This document shows positions 23,397 to 37,349 of a DNA stretch of 63,989 nt, one piece after another. The position numbers were made by a program, and so were the translations under genes. This DNA comes from Octopus bimaculoides (lineage: Eukaryota). The stretch lies in assembly GCF_001194135.2 (NCBI RefSeq), contig NC_068982.1:104722991-104786979 (forward strand), given 5' to 3'. The notes beneath the pieces are model-generated. The model saw nothing but the letters and a program-made list of their open reading frames with translations. It did no database searches and was not told the origin of the DNA. Every line of letters begins with the position of its first letter. The stretch's first letter is position 1.

Positions 23397-26300
23397 GTGA
23401 GTAGAAAGAAATTTTTTCTTCACTCAACCTTTGAGTTGTGTGCTACACTCTTTGAAGCTACTGATCCTATGATAGTCTCTGTTTCTATCTTTTGGTCTAT
23501 TTATTCCTCCTCTTGTTTTGTTTTTTTTCTTTGTTGTTTTTTATTTTGTTTTTGTTTACTTAGATGATTGTTGTTTACTAGAGGTTTTCTTCAATAAACT
23601 ATCTCAGGTGTGGCTAGCACTTAATAAAATGGTTTTGTGCATGTTAGCATCTTGCCTAGCCCTAAAAATAGTGAAAATAGACATGGCTAGTTTTAATTTC
23701 TTGACCTATTACAGTTTCTGTTTGAAGTTAACTTAAAACATTTAAATTCCTGTTTTGCAATTCTTGCTCTAGTTCCATTATCTATGTTCCTTACTTGCTC
23801 CATGATCAGTTAATATTACATCTAAATGACAATGCTGTTTACAATATGGTGGCTTAACAGATTTGCTCTAGATTATGTTCCCTGTCTTTTGAAAAGAGAG
23901 CAGTACTAAGTTTTATCCATTACTTTTCATCTTTGTTCAGAGTTCAAGACTACCTTCTTTTAAGGAAATATGTGCAAGTGGCTTGGTTTTCATTTAAAAA
24001 TCTAAGTACTATTAAAATTTAGGGCTTAATAGTTATCTGAAATGAAACAAAGTATTAGGAGAGACTCAACATTAAGATGTTAGAAATATTAACATAATAC
24101 CAGTGAGATTACCTTACTTGGAATGATGTTAAGGAATCCCGATTCTACATGACTGATGCAATATTTTGTTGTCAAAAGATATAGCAGCTGTCTAGTCATT
24201 GTACTGTATGGTGGCTTTGATTCATACAACAATATAATGATTGGAAACATCTGTGCTACCTCAGAAATTTTACCAATATCTAGTACATGATACCAATATA
24301 AATGTGATTGGTAGTAGCTGAAGGAAGCTCAAAAGTTTGTTTACAATGCTTGCTGATGTGGGTTTTTTTACTGCAGAAATAGAGTTGAGGATAATTTATT
24401 TGATGTATATAATGTGTTTCTACAGTAGTAATATGGGAACTTGGGCAGTTGTTTTAACATGGACTGCATAAGTGTATGTAACATATTTTAGTTGCATTTA
24501 CAATACTTCTTTGCTATATCTATCTTTAGTTATTTTGTTTACTCACTATTAAATGTGTTTTGATATTTTCTACTTCCTTCTTGCTTTCATAAAAAGTCTG
24601 AGTTGGGGGAAAACATAGATAGTTGTTTTATCCTGAGATTTATAACAGCCCATTACATTTTACTAGATTGCTGTCTTTTATATTGTTCAATTACATAGCT
24701 TATATTACATTATTTTTTGTATTACTTTAGCCATGTCAAATTTTCTGTTTTAACATATAGGTTAATGATTTCAATTTTTAAAAAAATGGAGCTTGCCAGA
24801 TCCTGGCAAACCATCCAACCCATGCCAGCATAGAAAACCTACATTAAATGATGATGATAGCTTTGCTATATTTTCATCTAAGACATTTTATCTTGCTATA
24901 ATACAAACTATGAAAAACAAAAAAAAAACAGTATTACCAAACTTTAAAGCTTATATAATATCTTGAGTAATAAAATCCCTTCTACAATTTTTTATTATTC
25001 TAATCTGTGATTATCTTAATTATAAACAAAAACAATATGGTTATCTCTGTGGCAAAGTAAATTTCTTTATTGAAGCAAGGAGCATACATTAGTTATCATT
25101 TTCCAATTTTTTTACCCTGAGCATATATATGCCTTTCTTGTTGAGCAAATAAATTACATTTGTAGTAGCAATAAAAATAAGCATTCTTTTTAAGATATGG
25201 AGTGTGACTAATACCTTTATAAAGTGACTGGTGATATTTGGAGAAAGTTCAGAAAGTTACTACCTATGTTGACCTGAAACCCTCTTTTTGCCAGTATTTA
25301 TTTGATTTTCTATAAAACCTATTTCATATTTTCAACATGTTATCAATAAATCATGATATCCATGAGACTCTTTTATTTCAATCACCTAAGTTGCTCAGCC
25401 AGTTATCATTCTTGGAACTAGTTTTATTTATTAGTCTACTTAGAAAGATGTTAGTTATAGTCATCTGCAATTATTTCAATATTGCTCATGTATTTTACAG
25501 TTAAATATAACATTAAATATTTATCAACAGTCATTTCCTGACTATGATATTATTTCAGTGATTTTAACACATTGGTATAGTGTTTTTTTTGTTTTTACAG
25601 TTCCTAATTTTGATTTTCTTTTCAATGTGCTGTTGTGACTTCTCTGTCTGATGAATTATTTTATATTGCATTGTCACAGAAGTATATAGTCCATAGACTT
25701 AAGATGTTTGCAGTGAAACCGATTTCCATTTTGATATATTATCATTAAGTAAGTTAAATATTCTAATTCATTTAGTTGAGTAACGAGAAAGGGTTCATAG
25801 AATCATTGGTGAATTTATTCCTTTTCTTATGTTCTGCCATTTCTTTTACATTGGTTGCTGCTGCTCAGTTCTGATTATTATTCATAATAAACAGTGAAAT
25901 TCAATCATGTGTTTGTAGTCAATGTAATTTTGATTCAGATATGCAACTGAATTTATTTAATGCATGGATTTTGTTTTTCATTTTAAAATTTTGTGTGTTG
26001 CCTTTATTTGTTTTACTGACAATTTTAATGGAGATACCAGTTGTTTCCTTCACTCAGTACTTCTTTTGAACAATAGTTCTGTTACCCAATGTTAGGTTGG
26101 GTTAAGGAATCGAATGCTTCACTTGATTTATGGCATTCTTGCTTTATTTAGCTGTGGTTAATCAAATGTATATTTATTCTCTTTTTTTTAAAATCTTAAT
26201 CTTTTGGTTTCAAAGTAAAATTGTAGTAAATTTATTTTTATATTCCTAGAAATAAATAGGTATTTAATTAAGTCTCATTTAGACTAGATCCATTGCACTG

Positions 26301-28280
26301 TACGTCAGTTAACTTTCATGATATTTGAAGATACATAATTGAAATGATACTTCTTCCAAATATCTTAAATGAAATTAAATATGGATATCCCACTAGTTCA
26401 ATATAGGAATATTGCATGCATTAATATACTTTGTGTATAGTTCTCAAAAACACCTCTTTAAATTAGCAAATATTATTTGTATCATTGGCTACAGAAAATA
26501 ATTTTTTTACAATTTCTCTTTTTCCCCTCCATCCACATATATATATATAGATGGAAGAAGAATTAAGAATAGTTAATTACTTAATTGAAATCCTAAGAAC
26601 ATTGATTTTATATTGTTTTTCTGTATATTTTTCATTTGAGGCAAGAATCTAATTAGATTTTCACTTTTAAAACTATTTATTGAAATCCTTTTAAGGTTTA
26701 TATTATGAACTATGCGACCATATGAGTACAAATTTAAGAGTCTTTGATGCTGATGAAGTTGTAAAATAACTGCACTTCTAGAGACGAAAAGCAATATTGA
26801 CTACTGTTCAGAGCCTGAGTGTGTTTTTTTTGTTCTTTTTTTTTTGTCTTCTTACCCTAATTTTTTTTTAAAAATCACTTTAACAAAATTTTATTTTGCC
26901 TTTCTGTAGTGCTTTAAAGAAACAACTTATAAATTTTGGCACATCAACCTCTGAGTTATCAACTCTTTAAATATGTGGGCCCTAAGCCAAATTGTGTCTT
27001 CAGGAAGGTAACTTACCCTGCAGATGTATAACTATTGTGTGGAATTGTATTAAACCTGTTTGATGGTATGAATTATAATCAAATGTGTTTTTTTTTTTTT
27101 AATCACATACCCTTGTTTTGTATTCTTTGTTTGTTTTTTTTTTCTTTAAAAAAAAAAAAAAAGAGAATATTATTTTAAAATCTTTTCACATCAAGATCAG
27201 AGGTTCTTGAACACTCATCAACAATAAATGCCAGGGAAATCTCTTACAATTGAGCAAACTTTTTCTATTTCTGTCCTCGCATTTTTCATTCTCACGTTTT
27301 TTCTTCTCTTTCTTACTTTCTTTTATTATTTATCTTTCCTCTTCTTGCCTTCTCCCTCTTTTCCTGATCCAAGTAAAACTGTCACAAGCAATATGACAAA
27401 TTTAATTTAACCCATGGACACTTTTGAATACCAAAATCAGCTTCATTTTCGTCTGATTGCTAAGACAAAAGTTCAAGAACCACTGTTCTGGATCTATATT
27501 TTTCTGTTTGTTCTTGAATGTTTACATAACCAGTTTTTAAAATATATATATGTGTATGTAGTGTGTATGTGTGCTAGTGCATACATACACACTAAATGTG
27601 TATATGCACACTAGCACACTTGTACATGTAGTGATAAACATGATATACAAATGGGAAAATAAAATTCTTTACTTCAAAGCTCTATATACTTTGGCTTCCT
27701 ATATTTGAAATATTCAGCATTTCTATGGTTTTACTCTACTTTTGTTCTTTCTTTTTTTTTTTTAGACTCCACACAAGTAGATGAATCCATAACTATTTGT
27801 GATGCCCCATGGGTGTGTATCAGTGTTACATCAATGTCTTCAGGCATTGTTTTAGATTTCTTTACAACATGCTTGTTCTATACATAACAGCTAAGTCAAA
27901 CCCTTCGCTTTTAAATAGTTAAATGTGTTTCACCTAGTAGTAGGGACCTTACTTCACATAGTGCTTGCATCATACTACAAGAAATTTGCAGTGAAATTTC
28001 CTGTGACCTCTTATATATAGTATATTTTTATTATTCACATCTTGCTGGTACTCTTAAATTGCAAGAAATGTTCCAGCTTTATACTGAAGTAAAGTTACCA
28101 GTTTTGCTGTTTTACTGGTTCCTACCTGATGACACCAGCTTCAAAAATTCCTTTTGTGTTCTGAATTATGAAAATAGAATGTTAGAATATACAGTGAAAA
28201 TATCAGTTTATTTAGATTATTTTGTTCAAGTAATCAATGACCTTATTTTTATAAATATTGTTTTTATTTATCTTTTCCAG

Positions 28281-29779
28281 GTGTTAAAGCTCTGAAGTGC
28301 CCTCTATGTGATTATTCAACCAACGACAAGAGTAACTTTCGCCGTCACAAACGTCTCCACCTCAGGAACAATCCTGTGAATGTCCTTAAATGTGACAAGT
28401 GCACTTATTCAACAATCTTGCCCCGGAAAATACGAGAACATTACTGTGAGGAGCATGTAGATACTCCTAATAGCACAGCAACAGATTCAGCTACAGTCCC
28501 ATTTACAGGTCCTACTTATGAAGCAACTCGTTTCCGTTTTCGGCATTTTGGGGTTGATCAGAGTACGTCTTCTGGCAACCCACTTGGTATGAGTACTTTG
28601 CATACGTTGTTAACAACAGTGCAATCTCCAAACCTGCAGTTCAGGCGATCAACTGCTGCACCAATTAACAACTGTTTCACACAATATAATCATTATGAAT
28701 CAGCTAGTCAACAGGCTAATCAAGACACACATTTAGCATCAAATTATCTACGTTCTATTGTCTCCTCCATTATGAATAGTCCCCCTCCACCACCGAGAGT
28801 GCCTGTTACCAGCACAATTACCTCATCCAGTCTCTATACTACAGCAGCAACAGTAGCAACACCAACACTTCCTCCATCTTCAACAGCCTCTATAGGTTCT
28901 TCAACAGCAACTACATTACCCATGGTAACTGATACAGGGGAAGTTAAAGTGAAAGTTGAACCCTTTGAATGTGAGGAAATATCAGACGTGTCAAGTTCCG
29001 CTGCAGCTACTCCTATGAGAACTCTAACTCCTGACTGTTCAAGGGATGTTCAAACTGTTTTATCGACTTCCTCAAAAAGACAGTCATTGGACTATTTAGA
29101 AAATTCTAGTAATCCTTTTGATCGATCTGTTGAGCTTAGAACAATGTCTAATGTTAGCCAGAGCACTGGTGATATAGCTGACTCTTCAAATGCTAGACTT
29201 GAATATCACTCACCTATTGAAGAAAACATGGGGAGTGTGGAAAACATAGCTTCAACATCTTCTGGCAAGAATTACATGGAAAACACACTTCACACTTCAA
29301 ATCCAGTCACTAACCGTAATGTGATGTGTGACATAGCATTGACACAGAACTGTAGTGAGACTGATGTGGACTCTGCTTCAGTGAAGAGAGAAACATCCAG
29401 TGTTGCAGTACAGTGTGTTCTACCAAATGTTAAAAATGAAGGTTTGAATGTTGGACAGGAGGAGGCTCCTGAACGAAAGCGGTGGCGATGTCAGTTTATT
29501 GAGAGAGCAGTGCAATGTGAACTGTTGCCCTCACGTCGAACTGGTTCTCGTTCAGTGTCCATTGCAAGTGAATCAGAAGGCAGTGAACAACCAAGTACAG
29601 CAACGACAACAGATAACCGTTGTATATATTGTGGTGTTACATTTGAAGATGAAGTCCTTTTCTCCATTCATATTGGCTGTCACAGCCATACTGATCCCTT
29701 TGTGTGCAATGTATGTGGCAAGCAATGTACCAACAAGTATGGTTTCTATTCTCATATTATGCGAGGTCATCAGTACTAG
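28281..29779 (+). CDS. Hunchback/Ikaros(Pegasus)-like C2H2 zinc-finger protein, terminal coding exon
   Basis: tcttttccag acceptor; phase-1 join gives GVKALKCPLCDYSTNDKSNFRRHKRLH then LKCDKCTYSTILPRKIREHYCEEH; C-terminal pair CIYCGVTFEDEVLFSIHIGCHSHTDPFVCNVCGKQCTNKYGFYSHIMRGH matches the hunchback/Ikaros dimerisation-finger pattern. Spliced CDS 1926 nt = 641 aa plus stop. Confidence 0.92.
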
Positions 29780-29819
29780 GTGTATTGTGTACATATACAC
29801 TTGTTGGGTGGCTGTGTGC

Positions 29820-30400
29820 ATCTATAACTATCAATCTATCTATCTGTCTACTTATCTACATATATATATGTATATGTATACTATGTGTGTGTGTATACAC
29901 ATACACACAGGCAAATAGTTACAACCATTTTTTTTGTATGTGCTTGTGTGTTTATTATGTTAGCAATATATTCACACCTACACAAATATATATGTGTGTG
30001 TATATGTCTATATGTCCAAATGTAGATGTGTATGTTTATATATCTATATGTGTGTGTGTGTGTGTATGTTTGTATATATGGATGTATATGTTTGTATGAG
30101 TAGATGCACACACACACATTTATATATATGGAAATAGGGAGAGAAAAAAGAGATAAGAAGGATATCCAGCAGTAAAAGAAGGCCTCACATGTATTTATCC
30201 AGTTCATGCTAGCATGAAAAATAGAGATAAAATGAATGAATGATAATTATGTATATGTATGCATATATTTATGTATGTATGTATGTATATATTTGTATAT
30301 GTAGTACATAATTGTGTTTATATGCAGACATGCATGGATGTATGTATATGTGAGTATGTTATCTCTATTAATTATTTGAATTCTTCCTATAAAGAAAGAA
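29820..30400 (+). repeat. TA/TG/TATG/TCTA microsatellite mosaic in the probable 3' UTR
   Basis: Simple repeats begin about 40 nt after the stop codon. Confidence 0.85.
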
Positions 30401-30963
30401 ACAGACAGTTCTCCGCAGCAGTGGTGAACTGTTGCTTTCGAAAAGCCTTCATATTTTTTATGTTCTACTTTAAAAATATATTTTACAAAGTGCATGTTAG
30501 CTGGTCTCCTTTCTTTATGTAATAACACCAGTTCCATGAGTTTACTACATACACATTTACTAACATAACATTAAGTGCACCAATAATGTAGCTATAGATG
30601 TAAATTTATAATCAAGGTAAGAAAAAAAGAAGCTGCAGGTTTCAAAGCAGTTGCCTTTAAATATTCTCTTTCTCAATGATTTTGAAAGAAATGTCCATAT
30701 CTGCAGGGCAGCTCACCTTTCTGAAAATGTATGTATGTGTTTGTGTGTGCATGTGTACCAACAACAGTGACTTTTAAACTCTGCTGTGCTCAAATCTTTG
30801 TGTCTTTGCTAGCTGTGATCTTTGAAGTCAAAAATAGGTTTCTACAGTCACCACAGAACACAAAGTAGAAACAAATTCTCTACACATTGAGATGCCAATG
30901 ATGATATGATATATGCCTACATACATGTTTATGTGTATATACATATGTTTGTATATGTATGTG

Positions 30964-30996
<33 letters not shown>

Positions 30997-32334
30997 TAAT
31001 TTTGCATCCACTTTTGCAGGCTTCTCCAGTGTACCTGTTTGCAATCCCTTGTCATCTCCTTTGTGAATTAGTTTCCTGAGCCTTCAGTATATCTTCCCCT
31101 TCTGCAGGTTCTTTCCACTTTGTATCTTTCATGTTAATCTCGTTTCTGTACCAGATTAGTCTACTTTCAAGCACACACCACCAAATTCCTCTGACATTTA
31201 GTTTTCTTCTATGCTTGTTTGTACTCCATTTTACCTGCCACAGGTATTACACATCTTGTGGATCCTACTTGTGTCTTTTCTTGTTTCTGTCTTTTGCTGG
31301 TAGTCCTCACTTGCTACTCCTGTTTCACTACCATGAAATATTGTACTTTATTCATAATCTTCATACAATTTGTGTTTTATTTGGAGAGAGAGAATCTTTT
31401 TGTTGCTATCAGAGAAAACTTTTTTCCACCTGATTGTTACTCTGGCTACTATGTTTTCAGAACACTTTCTTCCACTGCTAATTTGTGCATGTAGATAACA
31501 GAAGTGATCAGCTACTTCTAGGGAATTTGAAGGAATTTGTTTTATAGGTTCTATTATAGTTAATACTTCTGTGCGTCTTTTATATGTGAAGCCCGTCTTC
31601 TATGTCAGCTTAACCTTGATCCCACTGCATTCCTGTGCACAAGGTATTTATATTGTGTACACCTTATAGCATTCCTATCACTTCTTTTCTGCATAAAAAG
31701 CAAGGCCAATCTTTTTCCAAGATAGCAGTAAAATTCTGCTAAATAAGACATTTTCTTTACAATATTTACTTAAAACCTCTCAGTTCAAGGTTTGCTTTTA
31801 CATTTCAAATTTCTCTCCTGATTTTTTGATAAATTCAAGTAATAATAGCATAGAAGTTCTCAGAGACATTTAGTTTCAAACTCTTTTGTTATAGACACCT
31901 AACTACATTTAAATTCTTTACTGAACACACTGCAAACTTTCTCTTTGCTAATAGCATCTCTATACATGGCTTTCTCAGTTTTTAAAAGTTGTCCACCAGC
32001 ATTTTGTTTCTGTAGTGATCCCCAGATTGCAGTGCATGATACCCTGTCAAAGGCCTTCTACAAGTTGACGAGTGCTAGCTATAGTGACTTGTTCTTTACA
32101 AAGAACTTTTTTAGTTGCCTCACTAGGAAGAGGATGTCAATGGTATCCACTTTGTAGCACAAATCTGAACTGGATCTCATCTAAGCTTTTTTTTTTTTCT
32201 AACTAGTTGTACTATTGTTCTGTTACTTTTGTAACTTGGTGTCTCTCAAGTTGCTTATTTCCAAAGCATTTCCTGTACTGTTATTGTAGTAGCTGATACT
32301 GTTGTTATACTAGTCATTAGACATGACCACTTCA

Positions 32335-32640
32335 TCATTATCATCATCGTTTAACACTCGCCTTCCATGCTAGCATGGGTGGAATGTGTTCACAAGAGCT
32401 GGCCAGGCAGAAGCCAGCACCAGACTTCTGTGACTGTTTTGGCAGGATTTTTACAGCTGGATGCCCTTCCTAACACCAACCACTCAGCAGACTGAACTTA
32501 GTGCTTTTTACATGGCACAAGCACAGGCAAGGTCAGTTTTGGCAAGGTTTTTACAGACACCAACCACTTTACAATGTGAACTGGGTGTTTATAAGTGACA
32601 CCTGCACTAACAGGGTCACTAAGTACTTGCAAGACAAAAG
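32335..32640 (-). mobile_element. Copy of the RTE LINE 3' UTR/(GAT)n tail; related copies near 15655, 24800, 38780, 39235, 56560, 57070 and 59895
   Basis: catcatcatcgtttaacac...catgctagcatggg...tggatgcccttcctaacaccaacc is the reverse complement of the 3' end of the RTE element at 42230-42366. Confidence 0.75.
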
Positions 32641-34208
32641 AAAATAACTTTCAAGAGGGGAGGGGGCATTGGAGGAGGTGATCTTGTGTCAGATGATGAA
32701 AGGTCAGAGTGAGACAGAGAGACAGAAACAGGTGTCTTGCTGTAGAGGAAGTACAAGGTTGCCTGGCCGGCGAGAGAGTGAGATCAGGAATGAAGACAGA
32801 AATAGGTATTCTACCACAAAGGAAATACATGGTTACCCAACCTGAGGGAAGTGCAGGAGAAGGAGAGAGAGAGTGGGAGACAGCAGGATAGAGATGGTGG
32901 CAAAATGCCAGGCATACTCACAAGGGACAGGGATCAGAATATAAATGGGTTGGTTGAGTAAAGGAAGAAAGAGATATAGATGGTGGCAAGTGCCAGGGCA
33001 TACCCTTGGGGTTCAAATGCCATAATATAAGAGGCAGGATATTGCGAAGGAAGTATGATTAAAGAGTGCAGAGGTGAGGGAGTGAGTGACAAAAACCTGG
33101 GTATACATAAAGTCGGGGGCGGGGGCTACCAGATAGCAATGATATAGAGGAACAGGGCCGTGAGGACAGGATTGGGAAGTAAGAGCTAAGCATAGTGTAT
33201 GAAGGAAGAAATGTGAGGAAGAGAAGAGATGTTGAGATGCAGATTGGTTTGTTGGGGTAGGGTGAATGAAAAGTTTTCTTGTTATGTGTGGGTGGAACAC
33301 ACATGTTGGAGGCTAGCAGATAGCAATAATACAGTGAGAGAGGGTGGAACACACAGGTCAGGGGGCAAGCAGAGCAATGATACAGTGGAACAGGGCTAAG
33401 GGGACAGGATTGGGGAGTGGGAGATAAGCATAATACATGAAGTGGAAATGTGAGGAAGAGATGTAGAGACGTAGTTTGGTTTGTTGTCGTAGAGTGTATG
33501 AGAAGTTATCTTGATAAGTGTGGGTGGGACACACAGCGCTGCTAGAACTCAGTTTCGCTGACATGGGCAGGTCTTCTTTATTTCTCTCCAGTCTACACTT
33601 GATTGAATATATGGATTATTAGTGCTGTATTACTTCAGATATTTTTAGCACCCCAGCTACTGTCTGTAGCTTGTCTACTTTCTGTACCTTCATAGCCTTT
33701 ATGGTCATTTCATCCTTATGGCTGTTAATTTTAATAACTAGTCCCTATGCTGAATTAACAGATTTTCCATGCCTTTTCTTGGTATTCTTTCCATCCATCC
33801 TTGCTGTACCCACACTTCTTGTGTGTCTCCTAGAAAAACTTTGTTATCTCCTGTGTATAAGTTTCTAATTCCTACTTCTTTTCAAAATGCACCACCTAGT
33901 ACTTCTTTAAATCTAGAGATTGTCCATAACCTTTCTCCAAACTGTCTTATTTCTGGGTCTGACTGGATCTTGTGATGTCACTAATTACTAGGCCATGTTG
34001 AGTGGTATGTTCGTCACTACACAAAGTCTTAGTATTCAGAACCATTTCTCTATTCATTTTCTAGTGATTATGAAACCTTTCTGGTTTACATTTTCGCCTG
34101 AGTGATAGATGGTCCCATGGCTGGCTTGTTGATCTATCAAAGTTAGTGTTGCAAATGGTTTTAGTCGTTTCCATCATATAGCTCTAAGAACCTTGATCTT
34201 TCTTTGTT

Positions 34209-34420
34209 TTAGGCACCACAACCAAAGCCTGCATGTATTCCAGAGAAGCCATCATAGTGTGGCCCAGCATGTTCATTAGAGTTACTAGTTATTAGAACGT
34301 TGTGGCTATCTGTTAACGAGGCTGTCTGCAAGTGAGCATCAAAGAAATAGTCATTTTGTTCATCAGTTAATCTTGATTGTGGTGCATATGCAGAAACCAC
34401 TGTTGCTTTCATATTGCCTT
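34209..34420 (-). mobile_element. RTE LINE endonuclease fragment
   Basis: VVSAYAPQSRLTDEQNDYFFD...NEHAGPHYDGFSGIHAGFGCG resembles the RTE APE domain. Confidence 0.75.
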
Positions 34421-37349
34421 TTAGTCTTATTTATTCTGTCACATAACTACCTCAGTTACTTATTAATCATTTCTCTGCCAACAATATGCCAATTTCTCTA
34501 ATCGCAGTACTGTTAAACACCCAGAAGTATTTGACCCTTGCCTATAAATAATCCTGCTGAGACTGTCTCCAATCTTAACTACTGCACACATTCACTCTAG
34601 AAACTAAAATTTCTCTACATCTACCTTCTACCATGCTAATATTGATAGTTGCTTCCCTAAAGTTTTGCTGCTGATACGAAGAAGAGGAGGGGGCTTCTGG
34701 TTGTTTGGTGTCTATTTTCTGTCCCTGAAAGGGAATGAGTTATTGTGCTCATGTGATGATAGCTAAGAGTTCTCACACATGATCACATGTTTCCACCTGG
34801 CCACCTTAAGCTGAGCCTGCTAGAAATAGCAACCAAATCTCTTTTGACTCACACCCTTTCACCTTAAAAAAGACACATTGGAAAATGTAATTGTGTGTTT
34901 CCGATAACAAAAGACAGGATGGTTATAACTATATTGTCTTTGAACACAGGTGTGCCTTATCAGAGTTGGCCCGGGACTAAACAACTATTACTACTCTGAG
35001 CGACACTAATATGGTATGTGTTATCCAGTATATGCAATTAAGGATTTCCATTATGCTTTTTTGTATATATTTTATTGCTGGTTGCCCTTCCAACCACAGA
35101 TTAGACTGAATGCATTTGATTGTATCACGTGCACAAATGAATTTATCTAACTAGAGTGAAGTGTCGCCTTTATACTGTAATGTGTTTTTTTTTTTGTCTA
35201 TTTAGTGTTGTTGCTCTACTAATCAGGTTGCTTTTGATGCACCCTGCAGAGTTCATATCAATTCTGTGCAGAATTTTATTCAGTGTGATTGCTCTTCAGC
35301 ATGCATTGCCTTCTTTGCAACATGCAGAATATGAACAAATCTTCTCACCTCTGAAAGTTTGTTCATATTTATTACTCTCCTACATAATTGTGGGTGAGCC
35401 CAACTTTGTAGTTACTATTCCCACAATAATATGTCAAGTTCAGTATATGTATGCATGCAAGTGTATGTATACATTTGTTGGTATGTTTTGTTTAACATCT
35501 TTTTTTCCCCATGATAGATTGACTTAAGTGGGAGGTTTATTAAGGCAGGATTTTTATGAATAGATATTCTTCCTGTTGTCATCACTTGTAAGATTTTGAA
35601 GATAGAGATTTTATTTTTTATTTTAAAGGAATTTGAAAGCACAGAGGTAGCAGATGATTTGTTGATATGAAATATTGACAAACATCACCATTACAGCCCT
35701 GTGCAAATGGTGATATCACTATTTGTAGCTAAAATTCAGGGTATATCGTAAACAGACACATACATAGTTATATATACATAGAAGACTTCTTTCAGTTTCC
35801 ATCTGCCAAAGGAAAGCTGAGCCCAACGTCTTCACCACTTTGTCCCTAGCTCTTCTCAATCTTCTTCCACAAGTTCCACTCAGTTTGAGCATGCCACATT
35901 TTTATATACAGCTCTCATCCTCCTGTACCTTCATGCCCTTACCAGTACAACTTCCTCCCTTGTGCACTACATCTGATACCTTTTATATCCAGTTTATCTC
36001 TCATTCATATGTTATTCATGCACACGAATATTTAAACATTCGGCAAACTATGCTTGCTTCATTTCCTTGTAGTTTTCACAAACCCTCTGCATTTAAGACT
36101 CACATCTTGCTACTCTGCAGTAGCACACTTCATAAACTGGCATTATACTATCTACCCAAGCACTTTGTTGCCACTTTTTCTAAGCATTCTTACTCCAGCT
36201 TCTATGCTTTCAAAACACACATACCTACTACTGATTAGGTCTCCTAGGTTACAGAAGACATCAAGTACTGGAGAGCATTGAAATCATAATGAATTTATTA
36301 CATGCAGTCTCGGTGCCCTACAGTTCATCAGAAAAGGGTCAAAGAGACTACAAAAAGTAACAGTAAGACAAGTAAATAAAGATGGTAATGATAACCAAAG
36401 ATGTTTGCTGAATATACATGATTAAAACACAGCAAGATAAAAATATGAACAGTTATAAAGTTGTGAAGACAAAAGAGTACAAGGTAGTTGAGTAATAGTA
36501 TTGGCAGATTTGCAGGAAGGATTGAGAACCAAAGCAGACATCACACTGCTGATCCTCAAGACTTAGAACATCATAAAACTTCTGATTCTCGGTTTCTTGC
36601 GACTTGATATTGCTCTTTGCTTCTCCCTCCTTTCTCATCTTTTTGTCTTTATATCCCTGTCTGTGGAGTTACTGCACCACCATGTCCTCCACTTTTTGGT
36701 TGACACCTTGCACCAACCATAGATCAGGTCTGTTGCTGTCAGTAGATTAAGAAGTTGAAAAAAAGAAAAAAAAACAGATGTCCTCTCTGCTATAAGTTTC
36801 TGTCATCATGTTTGTCAAATAATACTTCTCTGAACCTTCTTCTGTTTGATGGTTCTTTAACCTCCATGTTCTTCTCTATTGCATTATTGTTTCTGAGCCT
36901 ATCTAATTCTTATTTTGAAGTCACTAATGAACAGTCTGTCTTTGGTGTTACATTCTTTGCATTGGTAAGACTTCATATATTGTCTGTCCCTTTCCCTGGT
37001 GAGTAAAAAATCTATCTGGCTTCTCAGTTACATATGTGTACTGTGTGTGTATGTGTGCATATATTTATATCTGTAATATATTTGTGTATGTTTATATAAA
37101 TATACGTTATATAAATATATATTCCCAGGCTATATCCTATTCATCTTCCTAATATGCAAACCTCACAGCCTCTTCTCCAAAACACAAAATTTTTTAACAC
37201 CTAATCCATCCTATACTGTCCAGGTTTCTCTTTACTGAAACTTTTCTCCAAAAGTCACTTGCCTCTCTCAATATTGACTCCCAGTTACTTTGGCTCAAAA
37301 GCTCCCTCCTCACTCCACGTGTATTTATGTGTGTGTGTGTATGATAGAT

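Noticed and set aside
29448-30537. Several ORFs rich in C/V/Y/I/T/H
   Set aside because: Translations of TA/TG microsatellites or alternative frames of the zinc-finger exon.
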